Assembly (NCBI GenBank): GCA_964016885.1
Contig: OZ024766.1
Span: 15,624,001-15,688,000 of the forward strand
Source: Eledone cirrhosa
Taxonomy: Eukaryota
DNA length: 64,000 nt
Direction of reading: 5' to 3'
The notes under the pieces are model-generated. The model did no database searches, was not told the DNA's origin, and saw only the letters and a list, made by a program, of their open reading frames with translations. Position numbers and translations under genes: made by a program. Of the stretch, positions 11,399 to 25,988 are shown in pieces (within the stretch, counting starts at the first letter, position 1; every line of letters starts with the position of its first letter).

Positions 11399-14300
11399 GA
11401 CCTTTAATCTTAGACAAGTTAACTTTAAGGCTTTTTGATTCAAGGTCATGCCTCCATTTTTGGAATTTCTTCTCTAGTTCAGCCATAGATTCGGCTAGGA
11501 GAGTTAGATCATCTGCATATAGAAGTTCCCATGGGCAGCTGGTCTTAAACCCCTCTGTTATAGCCTGAAGGGCAATAATAAACAGGAGGAAGCTAAGGAT
11601 GGGACCTTGCTGAACACCTACTTTTACTCTAAATTCTTCATTATATTCATTGTTAATTCTAACCTTACTGACTGTTTCTTTTACATGGCTTGTATAGCTC
11701 TCACAAGCCATTCATCTACTCCTACATTTCTAAGGGCCCACCAGATACTGGAGTGGGGGACTCTGTCAAAGGCTTTCTCCAAGTCAACAAAAGCTAAGTA
11801 GGGGTTTACTTTTAGCTAGCTACTTCTACTGTAGTTGCTGTACAAGGAAAAAAAGCATATGTGGTACTTTTACCTGGCACGGACCCAAACTACATTTCAT
11901 CTAGATCAATTTGGTCTCTGATTAGTTGTGCTATAACTCTTTCTGTGACCTTCATGACCTGGTCAACTACCTTAATGCCTCTATAGTTTCCCCTATCTAG
12001 AGCATCCCCTTTACCCTTGTAGCATTTAATGATGATGCTTCTACGCCAGTCATCTGGTATGACCCCATTCTGTATTACTTGGTTTACTATCTGGGTGTCC
12101 ATAGTATGTTCCACCATTCCAGATGCTTTCAACATCTCAGCAACTATCTCCAAATCCCAGCTGCCTTGTCCATCTTCATATCTTTGATTGCCTTACTTAC
12201 CATACTACCATTAACTTGCACCGCTGGTCCCTCTATTGGATCGATTTGGGGCAGACTATCTTTTTCCCATTTATTCTCCTCATTTAGTAGTCTCTTGTAG
12301 TGGCACTTCCAAGCTACCTTCTTATCAATATCAGTGATGACAAGTATACCATCATCATTACAGACACACTTCTCCCTGACAATATCACGGTTTTCCTTGA
12401 CACTTTCTTTTGCGATCCTGAACACCTCACGTTGTAGAACATGCTTGAACTTTCTATTCTCTGCTTCCCTTCTTGCAGAGTACACTTGTCTCCTGGCCAC
12501 TTGATAGTGTTCTCTACTTCCCCCATACTTTCCAAGCCTGCTTTTTGGCCCTGATTGTCTCTTCCACCTTACTGTTCCACTTCCAAGTTACTCTCCTCCT
12601 GCCTTTAGGTCTGCTCCAGCAGCAGATTTCATCTGTCGCCTGCAGCAGGTTAACTTTCAAGAATTGCCACTGTTCCTCTATATTGCACGTCTCTAATTGC
12701 TCTTCCTTATTGTCAAAGGCATCAAGTAATAAGCTTTTAAATTTGTCACTAGCTGTGGGGTCCTTTAACTTCCATATTTTTCTCCTACGTCTGTCTATTC
12801 CTGACTATGAGGTCACTAACTACTAGGCTATGTTGGGAGGTACATTCTTCACGGGGGAGGGATTTAGTGTTTACAACAGACACTCTATCATGTCTTCTAG
12901 TAAGCATATCATATATCTGGCTGGCATATTCCCCTGATGTACAGGTGATCAAGTGGTTTTCTTGTTTTTGAAGTTTGTGTTACAGATAGTTAGGTTATTA
13001 GTGTCACAAAATTCCAGGATCCTGAATCCTTCCTCATTTCTAGTACCAAACCCATAGCCTCCATGGATTCCATCATAGCCATCACTATGTTGTCCAATGT
13101 GACCATTTAGGTCACCAGCAATAATTATTAGTCACTGAGGTTTATTTGGGAGGAAGTGAACATTAGCAAATCATAGAACCTGTCTTTTATTACGTCAGGT
13201 AGACCAGATTGGGGTACATAAGCGGATATTATTGTCATAGTTGTTCTATTTAGAACTAGTCTTATTTTAATTATTCTGTTGTTAACTCTATTTATGGCAA
13301 TTACCTTATCTACCCATTTCTCTGCTAACATAATTCCTACTCCACCCAGCCCTTTGTCATTTCCCACCCAGAGAGGTTTATAGCATTGTTTTTACCCACA
13401 CACCCCTCCACCTACTCTCTTGAACATATAAATACTGTATATATATATGATTTCTATATATATATATATACTACATACATACACTATATATAATGTTGGC
13501 CAAAGAATGGCTGAAACAGATTGACACCAATGATGTCACAGCTCATCATTTAATGTCCAATCTGATGAGTTCCACTCCACTTGCTAAGATCTGGGATGTT
13601 GAGATTTGTTACACAAATATCACTAAAACCAAGATACTGGGTTGGTATAACTACATGTTTTGTATGTGGTGTGGTGTGGAATGATGTGTCTGTTGTGGTG
13701 TATTGTGGTGTTTTGATGTGGTGTGTGCAGAGTGATGTGTTGTTGTGTGTGTGTAGTGTATAGGAGAAATTTTACAAACATAGAAGGGGTGTGTGAGAAG
13801 TCTAACTCCTACAACCCTCTCAGGAATGGGTGAAGAAAAAGAGAAGAAAATTGTAAAGTATTTTCAAATGTGAATTATTTTTTAAAAAGTCATAATTTGA
13901 ATTCTTATGAAAGTACCATCCAACAAATATTAAAGTTATAAAATTGTTTTTATTTACACATAAATGTAGATATTTTGTCACAAATATGAATATAAAACAG
14001 TTAAGGTTTATAAAATAAACACATTGATCTTGTTTTTTTTTTTTTATGATGTAGTTATAAGGGTGCCACTGTGGACATTTGAAGCTTGGTGGAGCTTTCA
14101 CTCACCAGGTTGGAATAGATGATTTCTTCCAGAGAAGGAGAGAGAATGAGAGAGAGGAAGTGAGAAAGAAATATAGAGAGGAAGAACAGACCCCAGTGGT
14201 AGACTGGTACTTCTTTGTTATCAACCTTGAATGGATGAAAGGCAAAGTTGACCTCAGCAGGATTTAAACACAGAGAGCAGAGAACCAGAACAAATATGGC

Positions 14301-15014
14301 GGAAAGCATTCTATCTATTGTTTTATAGACATTAAATAAATGTTTCTACTTTTAACTCAACCCCAGTGCATTACTGGTACTTTATTTTACTGAACCTCTG
14401 AGGAAGAAAAGTAAAGCTAACCTCAGCAGGATTTTAATACAGAATGTAATGGGATGTAACTATATGACACAAAGCATATCGTCTGACACTCTACTGATTC
14501 TGCCAATCCACCAGCCTCCACAATGAAATAAGATTGTGTCTCTATAAGAAACCTTAATGACAAATAATATGAAGGGGAACTTCCTCCAGAGTGTATTTGT
14601 GGATTACAATACAAAACGTCTGAGAATGATTTCTAACATATTTCACCATAATAAATGTTCATTAATATATATTATTATCATTATCCTTTATTAGGTCAGG
14701 TGGATTTGCCAGAACAATTGTACTCTTCTTTTTTAGATGTCACAATCTTCCATGGCATTCCTGAGATCATTAATCTCCAGCTGGACATCCTGAGACATCT
14801 GATCTATGTAGGTCAATCTCAGTCATCCCACTAGGGTCTTACTATGTTTAGGTATCCACCACAGGAGCCAGCTCATTAGGTTATCCTACCCTCAGTAGCA
14901 ATATATATATATATATACACACAGACAGACACACATATATATATTTATTTTCTTCTTTCCAGAGTGTGTTTGTATATTTGTGTGTTTCACATTTCACAGT
15001 GATGGGGTTTATCA

Positions 15015-15266
15015 CTAGTGTTGACTACATTTGTGAACAACCAGCGAAGAATTCCATGTGAAAGATTTCCCACATATTTCACAATGGAAGGGTTTTTCTC
15101 CAGTGTGACTCTGTATGTGGACGACAAGTTTAGAATTATCAGTAAAAGATTTCCCACATATTTCACAATGGAAGTGTTTTTCTCCAGTGTGTATTTTCTC
15201 GTGTGACGTTAGTTTCAGTTTTGAAGAGAAAGTTTTCCTGCAAATCTCACAGCTATATTCAGACAT
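15015..15266 (-). CDS. Short 3-finger C2H2 ZNF, paralogue of 3374-4639 (gene or pseudogene)
   Basis: Same start ([24 protein letters not shown]), same terminal finger type (NSSLVVH..SQH) and same flanks, but only 3 fingers. Confidence 0.7.
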   Translation of the reverse strand: MSEYSCEICRKTFSSKLKLTSHEKIHTGEKHFHCEICGKSFTDNSKLVVHIQSHTGEKPFHCEICGKSFTWNSSLVVHKCSQH

Positions 15267-15513
15267 ATTTCTAGCTAGTGATCTTTACATAAAGGATTCT
15301 CACCACTTCTACTGATACATTAAGATATGTAGATATGGTTTATAGATGCCATGTAGTCTAATATACACAGTGTCCATAAAAGACTGCAGAACTCCGCTTT
15401 CTTCTTCTACAAAGTTGCAATGTAGCATTCAGTTGGTACAATAATGAGATATATGACAGCGTAAGACTGATCTTGGGTGAAGAAAAAGCAAGTGCTAATA
15501 TATATATATATAT

Positions 15514-15700
15514 ATCATCATCATCATCATCAAAATCACTGTTTTACGTCTGTTCTTCCACACTAACATGGTTTAGACGGGTTGTCCTGTTGTGGGCAGA
15601 GTCCGGTCAGCTGACCTTGTCTTGCTCATACGGGAACTGATTCTGGCTTGATTTCTACAGCTGGATGCCCTTCTTAACACCAACCTCATTTACAGTGAGT
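15514..15700 (-). mobile_element. RTE LINE 3' UTR fragment
   Basis: (TCA)n tail at a (TA)n tract, plus ctggatgcccttcttaacaccaac shared with other RTE tails. Absent from block A. Confidence 0.75.
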
Positions 15701-16530
15701 GATATAGGTGATTATTGTGTAGTATTCAACTATAATTTTTGTTAAGGTGAAAGAAGCTCTATTCACACTAAAATCCTCAGCTCATAAAACAGACGAATAA
15801 GACTTCTATAGTTAAAGTTCTTGTTATTGAGGACAGTTCAGGTAACAAGAGGATTAATATCCACAATTTCAAAAGACGAAGGTTAATATATATACATATA
15901 TATACAGACATACAGAGTGTACGTATGAGAGAGAGAAATAGACGTGTGTGTGTGTAGAAATATGTGTGTACGTGTTGTAATAAGTGAAGATATTTCACTT
16001 TAGATACTAGAAAAGTTCACAATGTTTGTGCCGTGGTGGAAAACGAAAGAAATGTAGATATCGTTAATTGATGCGATGTAGTCAATATACAAAGGGTCCA
16101 TACAAGACTGCAGAACTCGGCTTTCTTCTTCTACAAAGTTATAATGTAGCATTTAGTTGGTACAAGTAATGAGACATATGATAGCCCAAGACTGATTTTC
16201 GACGAAGAAAATTCAAGTGCATATTATATATATGTATAATTCAATCAGAGAGAGTGTGTGTGAAAGAGGGGGGGAGGTTAGAGAGAGACATGTGAGTGTG
16301 TGTGAAAGAGGGGGTTTAGAGAGAGAGACATGTCTGTGTGTGTGTAGAAATATGTGTGTACATGTTGTAATAAATCAAGATATTTCACTTCAGATAGCAA
16401 ATTTCACAATGTTTGTGTTGTGGTGGAAAGCGAAATAATACGTACTTTAGTTTTCAAGACCAAATATAAGTTAGTAAAAACTAAATGTTCACTGATTTCT
16501 GATTAAAAAAACATTTTCCTGTCCTGTAAA

Positions 16531-16917
16531 ATGATCAGATGGCAGAAGTTGGGCAGCCTGCTGTTTCTTGTTATGTAATTCTACCAGAATCTCTTCAGGA
16601 GCCTTTGAGATGTTGGTCCAGGCAGTGTTGATCTGGTTCTCTATCAGTGTGGGTGTAATTCCAGTGATGTCCGAGTAGAGACTGTCGTAGTTGAGATGTT
16701 GGTGGGCTCGGTTGTTGTAGGCCTCTCTGGTAATAACACAAAACTCTTTCCCCTTGTCCGATGAGAGGTATACAAGGTTCTTAGATCTGAGGTTAACTTA
16801 GGGTAGCGAGTTGTGGTGAGTATGTGTGTGTTTTTGTAGGATCTCGAGAATAAACTCTCACGGTTAAAACTTACCATGACTAACATCCTACAAAAACACA
16901 CACATACTCCCCACAAC
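16531..16917 (-). mobile_element. Penelope-like ORF fragment with a terminal inverted duplication
   Basis: Minus strand reads SKNLVYLSSDKGKEFCVITREAYN...ITRNSRLPNFCHL, homologous to 33390-33655. Inverted arms at 16810-16842 and 16885-16917. Confidence 0.8.
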
Positions 16918-17316
16918 CTCTCCAGAGGTGAAAGCAGTGATTCTTTGCTTAAACTTTAATCTGTTCTTATAATATATATATAACCAAGTGGAAAGATATA
17001 TACATATATCTTTTCACTTGGTCATATATATATAGAGAGAAAGAGCCAAATATTGTATAAGATATATGATATATGGCTCTTTCTCTCTCTCTATATATAT
17101 ATATATCTTTGTATTTGATTGTTATGGCTCTCTCTCTCTATATATATATCTTTGTATTTGGTTGTTATGTCCTTCTCTCTCTATATCTATATATATCTTT
17201 GTATTTGGTTGTTATGGCTCTAGATAAAATCTATTGATCTTGCTTATTTAGAAACACAACATTCTAAACATATTTGATGTGTTTTAATTCACTATTTGAG
17301 TATATATATATATATA

Positions 17317-18031
17317 TTATAGCTCTGATTTATCCAAATTATTGAGCCCTCTGCCACACATATCGGATATTGTTTATCGTTAATTCGTGAGCTGTTTTTC
17401 CGATACTCGATTATTCTACTATATTTAGCTCTAGACCTTAGCTATTGACCAGTTAATTTTATTGATCATTTTTTTGTCGATCTTATTGTTTATTTTAACA
17501 CGTCTGTTGAGCACTCTGATTCGATATGTGATATTTTGTATTCTTACATAATATGCACATTACCGAAATTTTTCGCTAATATAGAGGTTATCTCCCTTGC
17601 TGGGCACCATGTGCGTTTCTGGCTAAGGGCCACTTCTTTATTATCGGACGGAACCCGTTGAGAAAGCTCTTCCGCATCCAGTCCTTCTCTAGAAGTCTTA
17701 TATATTTTTTATGTGGGCTGATAGTGAATGGATTAAGGAATTGCAGAAACCCAAGAAGCTAGATTTAACACCCTTCTAGCGGGTCCGGGTAAGTTTTTTA
17801 CATTCATTTAAATTATTGATTTATAGATATTTTATTTGAGTGACCCGGATCTTCCTGGTCGTTCTTTTTCGGCTGTACGGGTGATTTTAGGCATAATCTC
17901 TATGTGTTGGTAATTTAACGATGGTTATAGCTCTGATTTATCCAAATTATTGAGCCCTCTGCCACACATATCGGATATTGTTTATCGTTAATTCGTGAGC
18001 TGTTTTTCCGATACTCGATTATTCTACTATA
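17317..18031. repeat. ~0.7-kb unit bounded by ~105-bp direct repeats within (TA)n; possible non-autonomous Penelope/retrozyme-like remnant
   Basis: ttatagctctgatttatcc...gattattctactata at ~17317-17422 and ~17926-18031, apparently identical. Confidence 0.6.
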
Positions 18032-18160
18032 TATATATATATATACAGGAAGCAAAACATGTTCTCCTTAGAGAAGATACATAGAAAATATATAATTTTT
18101 TCCTGATATGTTGGTAGCCAAACGACCTGGACAGATCGGTGACCAGCAGGCATATATATG

Positions 18161-18201
<41 letters not shown>

Positions 18202-18214
18202 TCACACTCATGCA

Positions 18215-19222
18215 TATGCCATTATAGTTTATTGTCACGACAGGAAAACCTTTAATTATAAGTTTACTTGATCATACAAACCTGGGACTTAATTTAAGCC
18301 AGGCGGTGTTGTCTCTCTTAGCACTAATCACTGAATTAATAATATCCAGCAACGTCTGGTTTTCTTATAGGTTTAATTAAGCCTTTATCATTAACGTTAC
18401 TCTATATTTACTATTATATTTTCGCAGTAAACATAATTATCTCACAAAATATTGAATCTATGAGATTTTGATATTATTTATTTTGGGAACGGTGGATTGG
18501 CAGTATCGGTAGAGGTTCGGACGCCATGCTTTCCAGCATAGTTACGTCCCTTTACGATCTGAGTTCAAATCCCGGCGAGGTTGACTTTGCCTTTCATCCT
18601 TACGGGGTCGATAAAATAAAGTACCAGTAATGCACTGGGTAATTGCTGGCCTTGTGCCTAAAGTAGAAACAATTATTTATGTTGGGAACAATACCTTAAC
18701 ATCAGCATGAGCGGCCTGTTAGAACAGAAAATGTAAGAGAATTCTGGCCTGATACGGACGGTTTACAACCTCGTTAGAGCGGCCTTTTAAGGTGCCTACA
18801 TTTATGGTACCAACTCTGAAGTTTTGGATTGTGTTTGGAGGTATATATATATATACACACATATATATGCCATTATAGTTTATTGTCACGACAGGAAAAC
18901 CTTTAATTATAAGTTTACTTGATCATACAAACCTGGGACTTAATTTAAGCCAGGCGGTGTTGTCTCCCTTAGCACTAATCACTGAATTAATATCCAGTAA
19001 CGTCTGCTTTTCTTCTAGGTTTAGTTAAGCCTTTATCATTAACGTTACTCTATATTTACTATTATATTTTCGCAGTAAACATAATTATCTCACAAAATAT
19101 TGTATCTATGAGATTTTGATATTATTTATTTTGGGAACAATACCTTAACATCAGCATGAGCGGCTTGTTAGGGCCAGTTAGAACAGAACATGTAAGAGAA
19201 TTCTGGCCGGATACGGACGGTT
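18215..19222. repeat. Local direct duplication (~18215-18763 vs ~18867-19222)
   Basis: tatgccattatagtttattgtcacgacagg...gatacggacggttta occurs twice, and only the first copy carries a SINE. Confidence 0.9.
18491..18671 (+). mobile_element. tRNA-derived SINE with ~18-bp TSD
   Basis: TSD attatttattttgggaac (18473-18490) / attatttatgttgggaac (18672-18689). The empty site is visible at ~19121-19138. Confidence 0.9.
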
Positions 19223-19354
19223 TAAATAAATGATTTAATAAATAACAGCTCTATTGAAACACTACTGTGTTGTTCTGAAATGATTTCAGTAGAATTTCAA
19301 ATGGTAGGAGGACAAATATATTCTACATTTACTTTAATATAGATTTAAACAAAG

Positions 19355-19842
19355 ATGGTAGAATGACAGAATTGGTAGAGTGTCAGATAACCTACCATTG
19401 CAGTATTTGTCCTGGTTTTTAATATTCTGAGTTCAAATCCCACTGAGGTAAATTTTATATTTCATTCTTCTAGGCTGGATAAAATATATTATATGTACTA
19501 CGGTTGATTTAATAAACTTTTCCCTTCCCCCAAAATTGCTGGTCTTGAGCCTAATTTACAAATCAATAGAGATTTAACAAGTTTGTTGCTTCATATTTCT
19601 CAAAACATTTTTATTTAGTGTGACTAGTGCAGTAAATTGGCAATAATCGGTAGAGCATCAGACAACAAGCTTTGCATTATATAGTTATGTCCTGTTACAT
19701 TCTGAGTTCAAATCATGTGGAGGGTAGCTTTCCCTTTCATCCATACATGGTTGATAAAATAAAGTACCAGTAATGCACTCAGGTTGATTTAAGTTTCTCC
19801 ACCCTCAATATTATTGGGCCTGTGCCTACATCAAATACCATT
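19355..19842 (+). mobile_element. Two older SINE copies in tandem
   Basis: ctgagttcaaat at ~19427 and ~19702, each followed by a decayed family core. Confidence 0.7.
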
Positions 19843-20362
19843 ATTTACTGTGTCTAACAACACTCAGTAACCTATACTATCACTACCCCAATGATACCAG
19901 CCAAGGCAGTGTCTCAAAATTATCTCTGGCCTGCAGAAACCCAGGTACCAGTTGCCTCATGCTCCTGGCTAAGGACAGAATGGAGAAAGGGTTAACCTGG
20001 AAGATAGTGAGGGAGATGTGTTGAAGTAGCCATTAAAACCTCTTGGGGGCCTCACAAGTTTTAAAAACAACAACGTCCAATAGAATTTTAAACATTTCAA
20101 ATACCAATGAAGTGTTTGTGTTTGATTTCTTCTAACTACTTTCAAGATATCATTACATATGGTGTTCATAACAGATATTTAGATGGGAAAATAACAAAAA
20201 TATGGAATCACAGACTGGACAAATTCCTCAAATGTAACTCTTTACTCAACAAAAATAGATTGAATTTCAGGAGATAAATATAATTTAATTAATATATTAT
20301 GAAAATAATTTACTCAAAAAAGAAAGAAGAATAAAACTAGGAAAATACATATACATTGCATC

Positions 20363-20545
20363 AATCACACATCACAAGAGGGAATGTTGGTGTTGACCTC
20401 TAACATATCAGAATCAAGACACAGCATTACCTCAGGTGATAGAGGGTCTCCCTCAATTACACATCACAAGAGGGAATGTTGGTGTTGACCTCTAACATAT
20501 CAGAATCAAAACACAGCATTACCTCAGGTGATATAGAGTCTCTCA
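20363..20545. repeat. Two-copy ~91-bp tandem duplication
   Basis: cacatcacaagagggaatgttggtgttgacctctaacatatcagaatcaa...cctcaggtgata occurs twice. Confidence 0.85.
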
Positions 20546-20779
20546 CTAATGCAATATAACAGGGAATTTTAGTTATTACCGAACAAAAAAAAGAAAACGA
20601 ATTTCGCATTTATATCATTAAAAATGAATTTAGGACAAAAGTTAGACATGGAAAGAATTTTGATTCCAGTTAAAAACATATTTACGAAATGGAGTCTGTA
20701 GAAGTGTAATGGTTACATTTTTGATGTTGGTGGACAATAAGTTTAGACTGGTAAAAGGAAGGGTATCTCAGGGTTCACA

Positions 20780-22540
<1,761 letters not shown>

Positions 22541-23334
22541 GTAATTCTTGAAGAATTCTCAAAACTCGAGAAGAGATATGACAATGTACGAGTAATTTGG
22601 TGTAAGAAATGGTCCTCTATGTACTTATATATATAATCGGGTGCGTATCGATGTATATGCGAGCAGTCATAACAAACACGGATTGTTTATTACGGAGTGT
22701 AGAAAAGTACACAATATCTGCTGTGTTAACAATACAAATAATACGTACTTTATATTTCAAGTCCAAGTGTAAAGTCAAGAAAGACAAGGAAAACTAATTG
22801 TTCAGATGTTGGTGATTTAAACCTATTTCTCACTGTCCTGTAAAATGTGGAACAACCAATTCACGATGTAGCGTAGTTTCTCATGAAATGAAATATTTAA
22901 TCATGTAGGAGATGGAACACCTACCCTGGAACATGTAGCTCACTCTATGTTATCTACAGAATATTAACTTTCACCTTAACATGAGATAATTGATACACAA
23001 GATATAATTAGATTAATTAAAGTTATAATTAAGATAGCAGGTACGTGGTGTCGTTGACAATGTTTCGCCGTTCTTAAATAACACCGGTGTCATACGTTAA
23101 AAGTCCCTGACATAATTTAATACCTTCAGAAAGACCTTCAGTTATATCAATTCACTCCATCAATTGTATCCAACCCATGGTAAAACGAGCAGCATCACAC
23201 AGTGAAATATTTATTACGTATCAACGAGGGAGTCTCCTACCTGGTTACTTGACCTGGTAGAAATAGCAATCAAATATCACTCTCTACTGTCTAACACCTA
23301 CAAAGACCATATTCTGCAGTTTAGTCACACACAC

Positions 23335-23378
<44 letters not shown>

Positions 23379-24477
23379 CAGGATAGTCACGGCTGGAACA
23401 ACTTTAATTATAGGTCTGCTCCATCATACTAACATTGGATTTAAATTGAGCAAAGGTGGAGTTGTCTCCCTTGGTACTTTACTACGTTACGTTTGTTTAT
23501 ATATATCATCATCATCATCTTCAACATTATCATTTAACGTTCATTTTTGTCACACCTGCATGGGTTAAACAGGTTGTCACGTTATGAGACATGTCAAGTG
23601 TGGAGACCAGGTCTCATATGGATGTGTATTTTGGTATGGTTTCTAAGGCTGGATGCCCTTCTTATCACGAAACACGTTACAATGTGGACTGCACACTTTT
23701 GTATGGCCACCTTACAGGATGAACTGGGTGTTTTTATTGTTGTAGCATCAACGAGGTGTGTGGAATATTTAGCAGGTGAGGGCGGGGTCTTATGGATGGG
23801 GAGGGGTGAAGAGAAGATTGGTGAAGACTAGTGTGTTCTCTACATGATTGTTTTATTTCATTTTCAGCACATGGAAAGGGGGGTGGGGTCTTCTACAGTA
23901 CAGCATGACGCCAGAGGTTTCGATCCTGTGACATTTCCATTGAGAGGTTTAATTGGGCAAGGTGAGCTTTTATTATTTCATCCCAAACTTTCCTAGGTCT
24001 TCCTCTTTCATAGTTAACGACTTTGATGACCCTGTAGCCTTTTATACGACTGTCATCTTCCATATACATCACATGTCCAAACCACCACAATCTCCTCTCC
24101 TCTACACTGCATCTGACCTCTCTTATACCTAGTTTCTCTCTCAGTTTATTAATGCTTGTTGTTCATGCACATTATTAGACATCTATCAGATCATGTAAAC
24201 TTCATTTCTTTCCAGTCATTATAGGTCCTCTGAATATATTGCCCTGGTCTCACTTCAATGTAACATTGCTGTTCGTACACAGACTTCATACAATCTGCCT
24301 TTCACTTTCAGGGGAAATCATTTTGTAGGCAGCAGTAATAGTAGCTCCCTAAACTTTTTCCATCCCATTCTCACTCAGGCTACTGTACCTTCAGAACACC
24401 CACCTCCACTGTTAATTTGGTTAATTAAGTTAACAGAAATTATGAACCGGTTTCTACAGAGCCTTCTGGACATTTAA

Positions 24478-24691
24478 CCCTTTAAACCAGCCATAACTGG
24501 CCAGAATACTCTCACATATTTCTGTTCAAACCGGCCATAACTGGCCACTCATACCGACATTAAGGTATTGTTCTCAATATAAATAATATCAAAATCTCAT
24601 AGATTCGATATTATATGAGATAATTATGTAAGATAAAGCCTTTACCACAAAAATACAATAGTATATATAGAGTAATGTAAATGCTAAAGGG
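24478..24691. mobile_element. piggyBac-like MITE
   Basis: TTAA|CCCTTTA...TAAAGGG|TTAA termini, nested in the RTE. Confidence 0.75.
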
Positions 24692-25789
24692 TTAAAGTAG
24701 CTTATTATTTTGTGAACTCTTGCTACTTATTGCTTTTGTGCATCAAGAACACACACAACTTACATTCTTTTGCTAACCTCACTGAGATCCAACTGCATCT
24801 CTTGTTTATCCATAGTTGGGAATTTCTACCTACTCCTTTCCTTTAGACTGAGCAAGGCTATTTTCTTGAGGGGATCTAGGCCCTATTTTCCTTTCTATTT
24901 TGCCAAGTTAACTTTAAGACATTTTCATTCTAGGCTACACTTCCAGGTTTGGAATTTCTCCTCTAATTTTACCATAGATTAAGTGACAAGGGTTCAATCA
25001 TGTGCATACAGGAGTTCCCATGGACAGCCAGTCTTAAACTCTTATGTAATAGCCTGCAGGATGAAAATAAACAGAAGAGGGTTAATAACAGAGCCCTGAT
25101 AGACTTGCTCACTCAACTCCACACTATAGCCATCATTACTTTTAACCTGACTGACTGCTCCTCCATACATGGCTTTTACTGCTCTCACAAACCACTCATA
25201 CACCCCTAGTTTTCTAAGTTACACACCAGATTAGGGAACGGGGAAGTCTCACAGAAGCTCTCTCTGGGTCAACAAATGCCAAGTAGAGGGACTTATTTTA
25301 GCTAGGTACTGCTCTTGCAGTTGCCACACAAGGAAGAGGACATCAGTGGTACTTTTACCTGGCACAAATCCAAACTTCATCTCATCTAGGTTAACTTGGT
25401 CGCTAATCAGCTGTGTTATAACTCTAACACCTTCATGAACTGGTCCATCCAATGTCTCTATAGTTTTCTAGCTCTAGTACATCTCCTTTGCCCTTGTAGC
25501 AGTTGATGATGATGATACTACACCATTTATTTGGTATGACACCATTTTGTATTACTTGCTTTACGATACCAGTGGTTAAGATGTGACCCACCATCCCAGA
25601 TACTTTCAGTATCTCAGCAACTATCACCAATGGACAAGATACTTTCTCTGTCTTCATATCCTTAATTACCTTACTACGCTACTGCTTACTTGTATGGCTG
25701 GACCCTCTGTTGGGCCCACTTTCCGTAGACTATCTTCCTCCCATGCATTCTCCTCATTCAGTAATCTGTCATAAAGGCATTTCCATGTT

Positions 25790-25988
25790 ACAAAGGTTGG
25801 CTGAAAAGTTCATAGACTATCAATGATAGCATGATGCTAGAGCTGTGAAATCTTGCCTGCATTAATTTCAACTCTTCTTATTTATAACTGCATTGTTTCC
25901 TTCCAAGGACTATGTTGAAAAATAAACCCCATTTGGTCATTCCATGAGAGTATCTTGGTCTGCCTATGAACATTTCAGCTGACCCTAT
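25790..25988. mobile_element. Tc1/mariner-like MITE
   Basis: Imperfect TIRs ggttggctgaaaagttcatag / ctatgaacatttcagctgacc interrupt the RTE. A related end lies at ~7455-7500. Confidence 0.55.

Larger units (their letters stand above)
7680..13395 (-). mobile_element. Near-full-length, decayed RTE-clade LINE (APE endonuclease + RT), interrupted by an LTR element
   Basis: Ordered fragments: GVGIMLAEKW..IISAYVPQ (APE), KGKGDALDRGNYRGI, GVQQGPILS..LLYADDL, MLHGSETW. Many stops and frameshifts. Confidence 0.9.
13860..16530. repeat. Segmental duplication block B (paralogous to ~1730-5330)
   Basis: Colinear with block A. It also has an internal re-duplication (~16055-16440 resembles ~15327-15500 joined to ~15925-16050). 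Confidence 0.88.
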
